Source: Phycisphaeraceae bacterium (GTDB taxonomy: Bacteria > Planctomycetota > Phycisphaerae > Phycisphaerales > Phycisphaeraceae). Taken from it: 64,000 nucleotides of DNA. Below, piece by piece: positions 48,363 through 57,440 of this stretch. The stretch is taken from NCBI GenBank assembly GCA_963674705.1, contig OY771506.1:3136001-3200000 (forward strand). The letters run 5' to 3'. The translations under genes and the position numbers were made by a program. Under the pieces are notes generated by a model that ran no database searches, was not told the origin of the DNA, and saw only the letters and a program-made list of their open reading frames with translations. Position 1 is the first letter of the stretch, and the number at the start of each line of letters is the position of its first letter.

Positions 48363-50021
48363 ATGCTTCCCAAAATCGATACACGTTACTTGGCGCGTTA
48401 CCGCGATATCACCCGGCTGCTGATGCGGCACGGTGGACGAGAACTTCTGCGTCTGACCGGTTTGGATTCATTGCTGAAACCGGAAGACGAGGAGGCTTTA
48501 AAGGCTGACGCGGCTGAACTGGCGACCGACCTGGAGCAGATGGGGCCCACGTTCGTGAAACTCGGGCAACTGCTTGCGGGGCGTTCGGATGTTCTGCCCG
48601 AGGCGCACCTCGAGGCGCTGCGTCGTTTGCACGGCCGGGTTAAGCCGTTCTCTTTTGAAGAAGTGCAGAAGATCATCCGTGAGGAACTGGGTCGCGACAT
48701 CGACGATGTGTACGCCAGTTTCGACTCTGAGCCATTAGCAGCGGCGTCGATCGGGCAGGTGCATGCCGCCACGCTCAAGAGCGGCGAGAAGGTGGTCGTG
48801 AAGGTGCAGCGACCCAAGGCACGTGAAACGATCGAGCTGGACCTGCGTGCGATGGATCAGATCGCATCGCTACTGGATGAACACACCGACCTTGGGCGTA
48901 GGTATCACTTCCAGGCAGTGCTTCGGAACCTGGAGCGTTCGCTTAGAAGTGAATTGGATTACACCAACGAAGCCGACAATCTGAGGGTGATGCGGGAGAA
49001 TCTGGAAAGTTATGACAAACTGCTCGTGCCCAAGGCGTATGATGAGTTAACCACCCCGCGCGTGTTGACGATGCAGTTTATTCACGGGCAGACACTGGAT
49101 TCACTCAGAGATCAACCGAGTGGGTCACATGATCGAGATGAACTGGCGGATCAGTTCCTCAGCGCTTACCTGCAGCAAATCATCGAAGATGGTGTCTTCC
49201 ACGCGGACCCGCATCCGGGCAACCTGATTCTTGCAGAAGATGGCAAACTCGCGCTGATCGACCTGGGGCTGGTCGGGCGGGTATCCACCGGCATGCAGGA
49301 GCACATCCTTCAGTTACTGGTTGCGCTTTCAGAGGGGCGGACCGAGGATGCGGCCTCGGCCTGCGAAGCCTTGGGCGATCGTTTGGAAGATTTTGACGGT
49401 TCGGCGTATCGCAGCAGCGTGCGTGAAGTTATCACGCAGGAGTACGGCCGAAGCGTCAGCCGAATGCAGTTAGGCCAACTCGTGTTGCGTATGACACGGA
49501 TCGCGGGCGAATCAGGCTTGCGTATCGCACCGGAAGTCATGGTGCTGGGCAAGATGCTCGTGTTGCTGGATGAGTCCGGTCACCTGCTCGCGCCGGACTT
49601 TGATACGAATGCCGCAATGCGCCGCCAGGTTTCCAAGCTGCTGAAGCGCAAGTTAGCGGGTAGCGTTAGCCTGGGGCAGACGATGGTGACGGCTCTACAG
49701 ACCAAGCAGTTCATGAGCGCATTACCGAACCGTATCAGCAAGGCGTTGGACATCATTGCGGACAACGCGTTTCGTGTGCGCGTCGATGCGCTGGATGAGA
49801 ACCGGTTGATCGCGGTGATCGAGAAGATCGCCAACCGTGTGACGATCGGGCTGGTTGTCTCGGCGATGATCCTGGCGGGGGCGCTGCTGATGAACGGCGA
49901 TGCACCACACACGATCTGGGGCTACCCGGCGTTTGGAATGATCCTGCTCCTGATCGGGCTGGTGATCGGCACGTTTGTATTGGTGCGTGTGATATGGAAC
50001 GACTTTATCAAGGGGAGCTGA
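48363..50021 (+). CDS. ABC1/UbiB/AarF atypical kinase
   Basis: MGPTFVKLGQ, AAASIGQVH, VVVKVQRP, ELDY..EA, FHADPHPGN, DLG, two C-terminal TM segments. Confidence 0.93.
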   Translation: MLPKIDTRYLARYRDITRLLMRHGGRELLRLTGLDSLLKPEDEEALKADAAELATDLEQMGPTFVKLGQLLAGRSDVLPEAHLEALRRLHGRVKPFSFEEVQKIIREELGRDIDDVYASFDSEPLAAASIGQVHAATLKSGEKVVVKVQRPKARETIELDLRAMDQIASLLDEHTDLGRRYHFQAVLRNLERSLRSELDYTNEADNLRVMRENLESYDKLLVPKAYDELTTPRVLTMQFIHGQTLDSLRDQPSGSHDRDELADQFLSAYLQQIIEDGVFHADPHPGNLILAEDGKLALIDLGLVGRVSTGMQEHILQLLVALSEGRTEDAASACEALGDRLEDFDGSAYRSSVREVITQEYGRSVSRMQLGQLVLRMTRIAGESGLRIAPEVMVLGKMLVLLDESGHLLAPDFDTNAAMRRQVSKLLKRKLAGSVSLGQTMVTALQTKQFMSALPNRISKALDIIADNAFRVRVDALDENRLIAVIEKIANRVTIGLVVSAMILAGALLMNGDAPHTIWGYPAFGMILLLIGLVIGTFVLVRVIWNDFIKGS

Positions 50022-50036
50022 GCGGGGTCGCGTGGA

Positions 50037-50402
50037 TCAACGTTTGTCATCTGATGTGCTGATTTTCAAATCGACACGACGCAGTGCTTTACCTTTGTGT
50101 TGCGTGATGAGTTGATCAAACACGCCGCTGCGCAATAGTCGGTCCAGTTCGTAGAGTCTGCCGCTGGAGTCGACCGAGACATGCAGGACGCCGCGGTTCA
50201 GGCTTTCCAGTTGGGTGTGCGCTGCCAGCTCTTGCGGGATCAGCTCCATCCAGATGGCGGATAGATCACCGAGCTGCTCGAACGGTTTTTGCACCTCGCG
50301 TTTGAACTGGTTGCGCAGAAACCCCAGCGACAGGTCCGGGTCCTTGCGGTTGCGGTGCTCTCGCAAATTATCGAGGTGTGTCTGGTAGGGGTCTTTGGCC
50401 AT
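50037..50402 (-). CDS. DUF721/DciA family protein
   Basis: W.EL.P.ELAAHT......GVL.V.VDS....EL pattern. Confidence 0.7.
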   Translation of the reverse strand: MAKDPYQTHLDNLREHRNRKDPDLSLGFLRNQFKREVQKPFEQLGDLSAIWMELIPQELAAHTQLESLNRGVLHVSVDSSGRLYELDRLLRSGVFDQLITQHKGKALRRVDLKISTSDDKR

Positions 50403-50457
50403 ATTTATCTATGATACACATCCCACACCCGAGCCCCAATCCATTACAATCCCGCCC

Positions 50458-50982
50458 ATGAATCTAATCCTCTTCGGTTATCGTGGCTGCGGTAAGACGA
50501 CCCTCGGCAAGAAACTGGCTAACCAGCTCTGGAAAGAGTTCGTGGACGGCGACGACGCCGTGCGTAAGCGTTTTGACGGCCGGACCATCGCGGATGTCTG
50601 GGCCAACGAAGGCGAAGCCGAGTTCCGCCGGGTCGAGGCGGAGGTGACGCAGGGATTCTGCAAGCTGGAAAACCACGTCATCGCGCTGGGCGGCGGGGCG
50701 ATCATCAACGATCAGACAAGAAAAGTGATCAAGGCCGCACCCGATACCGTCAGGTTGTACCTGTACTGCGAACCGGCGGAACTGTGCAGACGCATCCACG
50801 GCGACGCGACAACCACCACCGAACGCCCCAGCCTGACCAACCTGGGCGGCGGCGTGGAAGAAATCAAAAAAGTGTTAGCCGAGCGCGACCCGATCTATCG
50901 CGATGGAGCCGATCACGTCTTTGATGTGACCCACACGGGCATCGACGAAGCGGTACGGCATATCGTGGCGAAGTTTTTGTGA
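50458..50982 (+). CDS. aroK: Shikimate kinase
   Basis: GYRGCGKTTLG, D.D, GEAEFR..E, ALGGG, RP, R...Y. Confidence 0.93.
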   Translation: MNLILFGYRGCGKTTLGKKLANQLWKEFVDGDDAVRKRFDGRTIADVWANEGEAEFRRVEAEVTQGFCKLENHVIALGGGAIINDQTRKVIKAAPDTVRLYLYCEPAELCRRIHGDATTTTERPSLTNLGGGVEEIKKVLAERDPIYRDGADHVFDVTHTGIDEAVRHIVAKFL

Positions 50983-50992
50983 TTGGGAAGTA

Positions 50993-51060
50993 GCCGCGAA
51001 TGAACGCGGATGCACGCAAATATGAGTTGCTGTTTGATTCGCGTTGATTGGCGTTTATTT
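50993..51060. repeat. Inverted nonamer repeat element (ACGCGAATG-like)
   Basis: ccgcgaatg aacgcggatg cacgcaaat is opposed by attcgcgttg attggcgttt att. Confidence 0.65.
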
Positions 51061-51097
51061 GAATTGTTGGCAGCATGAGAATGGGGCATTCGCAGCG

Positions 51098-51694
51098 ATG
51101 ATTCAAGTGCGGGAAGCGTCTGCAACCGAACAATCCGAAGCCGCCTCGGTTTCGTACCAGGCTTTTGCGACCACCCGAAACATCTACAAGATCAAGCCAG
51201 ATGTTGTTGCTGCCACTAATGCAAATCATGATACGTTGACACGGCTGGTTGCTGTGGATGACGGCAACATCGTCGGGACGGTTAAATACCGAATCAACCG
51301 GAGACGCCTGCACATTATTGGATTGGGTGTATTGCCTGATAAGCGGCGGCAAGGCGTCGCCAGATGTCTGATTGATGAGTTATTCCGCTTAGCCGCGTCA
51401 CACGATTGTTCTGTGATGTCTTTGTTCACCATCAAGCAGACTGGGAATGTGGCTGTGTTTGAGCGGTTGGGTTTTAGTGCAGTGCGGGAAGAATTCGACA
51501 CACTGGCGGTGAGTTGGACGGGCGGACCATTGATCGATGTGTATATGGAACGGCCTATCGTGGCGAAGTTTTTGTGTGTGAGATCGCTATTGTTCAGTCT
51601 GACAATCTTCAAAATATCAACGTTTAATAACGAGAGACACTTCAATGGCTACTTCACGGAGACGGTACTCCGATCTGATAAGAGGATATTGTGA
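51098..51694 (+). CDS. GNAT acetyltransferase, 3' end possibly altered
   Basis: LGVLPDKRRQGVARCL (motif A) and FERLGF. The tail after ERPIVAKFL looks non-native. Confidence 0.75.
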   Translation: MIQVREASATEQSEAASVSYQAFATTRNIYKIKPDVVAATNANHDTLTRLVAVDDGNIVGTVKYRINRRRLHIIGLGVLPDKRRQGVARCLIDELFRLAASHDCSVMSLFTIKQTGNVAVFERLGFSAVREEFDTLAVSWTGGPLIDVYMERPIVAKFLCVRSLLFSLTIFKISTFNNERHFNGYFTETVLRSDKRIL

Positions 51695-51938
51695 AGCGAG
51701 AAGCATTCAGATTCCGATCGGCTTCAAAGGGAAGTCTGCAAGCCGGTACGCCATCATTTACCTGGAAGATCCTCCGAGGCTGGTGGCAAGAACATGGACT
51801 GTTCAAGCGGACGTTGTTTATTACCTGAACAATCTCGCCAAGGATGTGCCTATGCAAATACTCGACTTCAAGGAAGGTGTTGAGATGATCTATAAGGGGG
51901 GCAATCACTTACATCGTGATAAGCCGTTTATGGATTAA
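51645..51938 (+). CDS. Small hypothetical protein
   Basis: 97-aa ORF with ATG start and lower GC. Overlaps the GNAT tail. Confidence 0.6.
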   Translation: MATSRRRYSDLIRGYCEARSIQIPIGFKGKSASRYAIIYLEDPPRLVARTWTVQADVVYYLNNLAKDVPMQILDFKEGVEMIYKGGNHLHRDKPFMD

Positions 51939-51968
51939 TACGATACGGTGTCCAAGAATACCGCGCAT

Positions 51969-52104
51969 AAAAAAAGCCGAGTGAGCTGGGATAATGGATG
52001 AAAATAACGATAAGTACTGATCGATCGGTTTGCCTCACTCGGCGTCTCGAAGTTCAAGATGTGTTATCACGTGGCTGACGGCCTCCTTTCGTTTCTCTGT
52101 CCAT
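51969..52104 (-). ncRNA. Candidate sRNA or small-peptide transcript
   Basis: TTGACT-16-GACAAT promoter-like sequence at 52136-52109, AAAGGAGG, stem GCCGAGTGAG/CTCACTCGGC followed by T7. Confidence 0.45.
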
Positions 52105-52151
52105 CTATATTGTCGCCTGATTCGGGGTGAAGTCAAGAAAAATCCTCGTTA

Positions 52152-52246
52152 TTTAGCCCCGGGCTTGCCCGGGATGGCCGTACATTGCTCTAAAGCCGCA
52201 CGTTTTTCTGCAACTGCGTAATCACCCCCGGCAAGCCGAGATTAAC
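52152..52246. repeat. Degenerate REP doublet of the TTTAGC type
   Basis: TTTAGCCCCGGGCTTGCCCGGG ... CCCCCGGCAAGCCGAGATTAAC. Confidence 0.5.
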
Positions 52247-54359
52247 GGGGCAGGACGTACAGCGTCGCGGTTTGGCCGACGGTATCTACGGGTTGCCAGC
52301 CGGTGGCGATGAGTTGGTTGAGGGTGGCGTGGGTGACGTCGGGGTCGTGGCCGTAGGTGTTGTGCAGGCGGTCGAGTTCTGCCCAGTGGACCCAGATGTG
52401 GGTGATGCCTTGGCCGCGCAGCAGTTTGTTGACTACTTGCGGGTCGCCATCCGCTTCACGGATGAATTTACCCAAGGGTGCTTCGTCGAACGCAGATGCG
52501 TAGACGATAGTGGGTTTGAGATAGAGCAGGCCGGAGTTGTCGGCGACCAGCAGGACTTTGCTGTTTTCGGGCAGGCGGTTGATCGGGTGGTCGGCTGAAT
52601 CCAGCGGCGCATCGACCGCCATCCATATCGGTGTTTGCAGCGGTTCGCCGGTGGCGGGATCGGGGATGGTTCGTGTCTGGGAGGCGAAGGTAGTGTAACT
52701 CACCGCGATGAGTGCGATCAGAACGGCCGAACCGATCACGGGTGCGATGGTGGGAGCCTTGGCTTTAGTCAGCGTGGTTAAGCGGTCGTAACCGAGACCC
52801 GCCAAGAGGCAGGCGGGCAGTAGCGTGGGGATGAGGAATCGGCTTTGCATGTGCGTGGCAAACAGCCAGAAGCCGACCTGGATAGTAAGCATAAACAATA
52901 GTGCAGCGGCCAATCGGCGTGTGCTTTTATTGATAAAGCAAAGTATGGCAGCAACCGCTACCACGATCCAAAGGATGGGGACGCCGCCTTCGCGATCAAA
53001 GCGTGCGATGTTTTGCGTTTCGCGTGGTGTTATCCGCCCGCCGACCGCGCCGTAGCCGGTATTAAGAAGCCACTGACGGGTAAGGGCGGTGGGTTTGCCT
53101 TCGTGTTTGGGCGATAGGCCGTGCGCGGTGTCCCAGCGCTGGACAAGCTGTTCATCCCAGTGCCCGGCCCCGAGCGTTTCAGCAGCGAAGGGGAAGATGG
53201 GATTGCCGGTCTGAGAGTAGTTGCGGATGAAGTAGGGGCTAAGCGTAAGCGAGCCGACGATCGCGGCGATGAGGGCGAGTTGAACGGCATGAATACGCTT
53301 GGCGTCTTGCTGTTCCGCTGTAGTTGATTGGGAGCGATTTAGGTTGAACAGCAGGATCAGACCGATGGGGATTGCGAACATGGCGCCTGCGGTGAGTTTG
53401 CATAGGGTGGCAGCGCCGACGAGCAGGCCGATGAGCACAGCGCCGCTGCGTGTATTGCCGTGATTGCTGAAGAGTATCAGCATGGCTGCGGCGGCGAAAG
53501 CGAGCACGCCCATTTCGTTGTAGGCCATCGAGGCGGTGATGAGGATCCACGGCACGGCAAGGAACATCGCGGCCGCACCAACGCCGGCTGTTGTGTTGCT
53601 GCGATTGGCGACCGTCTTCCCGATCGTGGCTGCTGCGAGTAATCCGAGTGAAACGTGGAACAACTGGCAGGTGTAAACCGCACTGACGACGGAGCCGCTG
53701 AGCACGCCGATCAGCAGGTAACCGCCTTCGATCAGGCTGGGCAGGAAGCTGTAGACGTTGTGTTCAAGTCCGAGCATCTTGCTAGAGGCGAGCCATTCGC
53801 GCGGCAGTTGCAGGTGGTAGCTGGTGACGTCATACCCAAAGGCTTCGACACGCCAGAGCGTGCCCGGCGGACAACACGCGGCGACAAGCAGCATGGCCAA
53901 GCCCGGCATCAGAAGTACCACGCTCCACGGGATAGTGAACGTCTGTCTTTCAACGCTTTTCCCGGTTTTACTCGGCAGGAACTTCAGCAGGTTGAGCAAC
54001 GCACCAGCCCCGAACACCGCAATCGCACCCGTCTGCGACAACCAGCCGCCCCAGGCGACGATCCAGTTAACCAGCAGCAGGCAAACCATCCCGATCGCCA
54101 GTTCTTCGATGAAGTACCGTCCGGGTTTATGTATACAGAGGCGGCGCAGGGCGTAGCCGTAGCCTGCGGCGCCGATCCACAACGCTGCAAGAACCGGCAA
54201 CGCGCCTGCGATCACTTTAAAGACCGACATGACAGATTCGGGATGCTCAGGTGGTAAGCCGTTTTGTGTGGTGAACCACAACACGAGCAGGAATGTGATC
54301 GTGGACGCGATGATGCGCTGCAACACGGTGGAGCCGGATTTTCGCTCAGGATTACTCAC
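52242..54359 (-). CDS. Polytopic membrane protein, GT-C (ArnT/PMT-like) glycosyltransferase candidate
   Basis: More than 12 TM segments, DVTSYHLQLP, GNPIFPF, RFLIP. Start overlaps the hemA stop. Confidence 0.6.
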   Translation of the reverse strand: MSNPERKSGSTVLQRIIASTITFLLVLWFTTQNGLPPEHPESVMSVFKVIAGALPVLAALWIGAAGYGYALRRLCIHKPGRYFIEELAIGMVCLLLVNWIVAWGGWLSQTGAIAVFGAGALLNLLKFLPSKTGKSVERQTFTIPWSVVLLMPGLAMLLVAACCPPGTLWRVEAFGYDVTSYHLQLPREWLASSKMLGLEHNVYSFLPSLIEGGYLLIGVLSGSVVSAVYTCQLFHVSLGLLAAATIGKTVANRSNTTAGVGAAAMFLAVPWILITASMAYNEMGVLAFAAAAMLILFSNHGNTRSGAVLIGLLVGAATLCKLTAGAMFAIPIGLILLFNLNRSQSTTAEQQDAKRIHAVQLALIAAIVGSLTLSPYFIRNYSQTGNPIFPFAAETLGAGHWDEQLVQRWDTAHGLSPKHEGKPTALTRQWLLNTGYGAVGGRITPRETQNIARFDREGGVPILWIVVAVAAILCFINKSTRRLAAALLFMLTIQVGFWLFATHMQSRFLIPTLLPACLLAGLGYDRLTTLTKAKAPTIAPVIGSAVLIALIAVSYTTFASQTRTIPDPATGEPLQTPIWMAVDAPLDSADHPINRLPENSKVLLVADNSGLLYLKPTIVYASAFDEAPLGKFIREADGDPQVVNKLLRGQGITHIWVHWAELDRLHNTYGHDPDVTHATLNQLIATGWQPVDTVGQTATLYVLPR

Positions 54360-55725
54360 GCGAAGAGTTTACATCAGTCGCATAGTTTTGGTTAGCTGCG
54401 GTGCTTGATTGATGACTTGATGAGCCATCGGCATCCTGTTGCTCGACGAGGTCGAACAACCGCCTGATGGCGGCGGCGTAAAAGCCCAGCGGGGCATCCG
54501 GCTTATGACGATCAAGCTGTTCCAGCGGCAGGTGAAGGAATTTATTGATCAGCCGGCGGGTGTGTTCGTTGAGTGCTTCCTCGACCTCGCCTGGATCACT
54601 GTTCTGCGCCAGCTTTCGCAGTGTACGTTGGCTTTCGATGTCACCCATATCGTGGAGCTTGGTTCGCAGCCTGCGGATGAGCTGGCCAAGGTCGGCGTGG
54701 CGGACCTGGTTCATGCACACAGCGGCCGCATGGGTGATCAGTTGCTCACAGGCTTCGGCTTCACGATTGCGTTGGCCAAAGCCATGCTCGATCTGCTCCT
54801 TCAGATCATCGAGGTTGTACAGGTAAACATTGGACATAGACCCCAGCGCCGGATCGATGTCACGCGGCACCGCCAGGTCGATAAAAACAATCGGCCGACC
54901 ACGACGGTGTTTATGGATATGTGTAAAACGCCTGGTAGTGAGGATCGGTTCGGTAGCGCTAGTGCTGCATATCACGACGTCGGCTTCTGCGAGCAGAGCG
55001 TCGAGTTGATTCCACGGCCGAACGCCGCCGACCGATTCGTGCAGGTTGATGCTTTGTGATAATTTGCCAGCTATTTCTCCCGTCCGGTTAACGAGCCAGA
55101 GTCGGTGTGGCTTGAGGGCAAGGATGTGCTGTAGCGTCAGCTCGGCGATCTCACCCGCGCCGATGCCGACGATTGTTTTGCTGTTCAAATCAGGGATGAC
55201 CTGTTTAGTAAGGTCTGCCGCAACGGAACCGATGGAGACGCGGCCGGCATCGATCCCGGTCGTCGTTCGCGCCTGCTTGGCGGTAGCGATCGCTTGCTGG
55301 AAGATACGATGCAGGACGGGGCCGACGTAGCCTTGGCTCGCCGCTGATTCATAGGCACGTTTGACCTGCCCGAGGACCTGCGCCTCACCGAGCACCATCG
55401 AATCCAGGCCACAGCAGACGCGGAACAGATGTGCCACCGCCTGCTCCTGTTCCCTGATAATGCAGGCCGAGGCGAGTTTATCGAACGGCAAGTCGAAGTA
55501 TTCAGCGATGAATGCTCTTAATGATTCAGGTTTGGGTGGGCTGTAGATCGGGCGTGCGATGTAGAGTTCGTAGCGGTTACACGTAGATATTGCGGCGGCT
55601 TCAATCCCGGGATAGCGATCCCTTGCAGCTTGCAGAAAAAGGCTTGTGTCGCCGGCTTCAGCGAACCGTTCGCGCAATTCAAGCGGGGCGTGGTGGTGGT
55701 TTATACTGATGAGTATCACACGCAT
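54352..55725 (-). CDS. hemA: Glutamyl-tRNA reductase
   Basis: STCNRYE, HLFRV..GLDSMVLGEAQVLGQVK, GAGE, DLAVPRDID. Confidence 0.96.
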   Translation of the reverse strand: MRVILISINHHHAPLELRERFAEAGDTSLFLQAARDRYPGIEAAAISTCNRYELYIARPIYSPPKPESLRAFIAEYFDLPFDKLASACIIREQEQAVAHLFRVCCGLDSMVLGEAQVLGQVKRAYESAASQGYVGPVLHRIFQQAIATAKQARTTTGIDAGRVSIGSVAADLTKQVIPDLNSKTIVGIGAGEIAELTLQHILALKPHRLWLVNRTGEIAGKLSQSINLHESVGGVRPWNQLDALLAEADVVICSTSATEPILTTRRFTHIHKHRRGRPIVFIDLAVPRDIDPALGSMSNVYLYNLDDLKEQIEHGFGQRNREAEACEQLITHAAAVCMNQVRHADLGQLIRRLRTKLHDMGDIESQRTLRKLAQNSDPGEVEEALNEHTRRLINKFLHLPLEQLDRHKPDAPLGFYAAAIRRLFDLVEQQDADGSSSHQSSTAANQNYATDVNSSRE

Positions 55726-55809
55726 CGCTGAGGCTTTCCGCGGTCGACTTCCCGAATACTATCGTTGTGTTACTGAGAAACTGCCCGTTTTGTCCGTAAT
55801 CGCCTTACG

Positions 55810-56418
55810 CTAGAGCGTTTCATAATACGCGCGTAACGCGTCCTCGCCCGAGCCTTTCAGGATAGCCAGGGCTTTGTCATCAGACAAACATCTGAGCTTT
55901 TTTTGCCTGAGATCGGCGTCCTGTACCTGCTGCTGGATTTTAGCGCGGTAGGGCTGGGCACAAGCCAGCAAACGCAACCAGTCCTCGTCCAGATGCGATA
56001 GCACTTGGTCCCGGATCGTGGCGGATGCAGCGGCGGAGATGCCATCGGTACTGACAGCGAGCATGATCGGACCGCGGTAAGAGTGGGCCGGGATGATGAA
56101 GTCGCCTGATTCGGGTGCGTCGACACGGTTGACCAACGCGCTATCTGCACGGGCGTCATTTGCGACGGTTTCATTCACTTGCGGGTTGTCTGTGGCGGCG
56201 ATGACAAGGAATGCGCCTTTGGTGTCACCATGTTTGTAAGTACGTTGATGAAGTTCAATGGGTAATGTCTGGAAGTCGGGCTCGCAATCTTCTGCGACAA
56301 CAGCCACAGCAGCGCCGGCTTCAAGCAATGCACGGGTTCGACGTAGCGCGACCGGCCCGCCGCCGACAATCAGGCAGCGTTTATCCCGGATGTTCAAACA
56401 AAGCGGCAGGTTCGGCAT
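55810..56418 (-). CDS. Precorrin-2 dehydrogenase/sirohydrochlorin ferrochelatase (CysG N-terminal / SirC / Met8-like)
   Basis: LIVGGGPVALRR, VIAATD, VN.VD.P..GDF..PA, AVSTDG.S. Confidence 0.9.
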   Translation of the reverse strand: MPNLPLCLNIRDKRCLIVGGGPVALRRTRALLEAGAAVAVVAEDCEPDFQTLPIELHQRTYKHGDTKGAFLVIAATDNPQVNETVANDARADSALVNRVDAPESGDFIIPAHSYRGPIMLAVSTDGISAAASATIRDQVLSHLDEDWLRLLACAQPYRAKIQQQVQDADLRQKKLRCLSDDKALAILKGSGEDALRAYYETL

Positions 56419-56491
56419 CACTCACCAGTCTAGCGACTGATAGAGAAGTTATCGCCAATCGCTGACCGCTTACTACATTTGGGCCTGTTCC

Positions 56492-57184
56492 CTACGCTCC
56501 AGTTCTTTTGTGATGTTGGTTCGGCGGTTCCGCAAGCCGGGGGGTAGGCCAACATCGCGCTGGCGTCGGTCCGTAACCCTGAACTTGAACTTCTCGGCCG
56601 TGCTCGCCGGCGCGGGTGGCCTCGATGGCGGCATTGAGCGCCAGCAGGTTCGTCTGATCCGCGATATCGTTGATCACATTGATGATCTGGCCGATCTGTT
56701 CGCCACGCTTACCGAGTTCAGAAACGCTGGCGGCACTGGCGTCCACCACCTCGGCGATCGATTGCATGCCTAGGATCGTGTCTTTAATCACCTCGCCACC
56801 TTCCGAGGCAACACGCCCTGAGTCCTCAGCGGACCTGCTGCCTCGGTGCTCTTGCCTCCAACTTCGACGACACTGGCGGACATCTGCTCCACCGCGGAAC
56901 TGATCTGCAACTTCTGGTTTGCCTGCGTCAAGTGTCTGCTTCAAGTCAGCCAGCAGAGCCTGTGTGTCAAAAGTACCCTCGTTATTCAGTCGTGAGGTGT
57001 GGTTTTTGGCTTCATCGGCGACGGCGGTGAAGGACGCGGCTTTCTCGACCAGGCCGGCTTCCGGGGTGTGGTAGTACATATTCGCTATCACAGCGTAGTT
57101 CACCGCAACGAGGGAAAGGATCGCAAGCACGACGATCGCAATGATTCTGGTCCGTAGTGTGATTGAATGAAGGAAGTGACTCAT
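56492..57184 (-). pseudogene. Methyl-accepting chemotaxis protein remnant
   Basis: TM1 and the start of the sensor domain are joined directly to the signalling domain (IADQTNLLALNAAIEATRAGEHGR). An out-of-frame MCP segment is present and the C-terminal half is missing. Confidence 0.85.
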
Positions 57185-57440
57185 ACTCAAACTCACCTTT
57201 GCTGTTAAAGGCTTACCCCGCCCAGGAGTACTTCGCATCTGCAACGCTAACGCGCGAACAAGTGATCCCGCAGACAGGGTTTGGATCGGGTCTGGATATG
57301 AAAGACTTAATGCTATATTTGTTGATGTGGCGTGAGGTTATCTCGGGTATTGAGATCGGCAAATCTGTACTAACCTGTGGGTCACTCAGGTGAATCCACC
57401 TGCACTTCACGCTTGCAAATACAGTGCTATCATGATCTTT

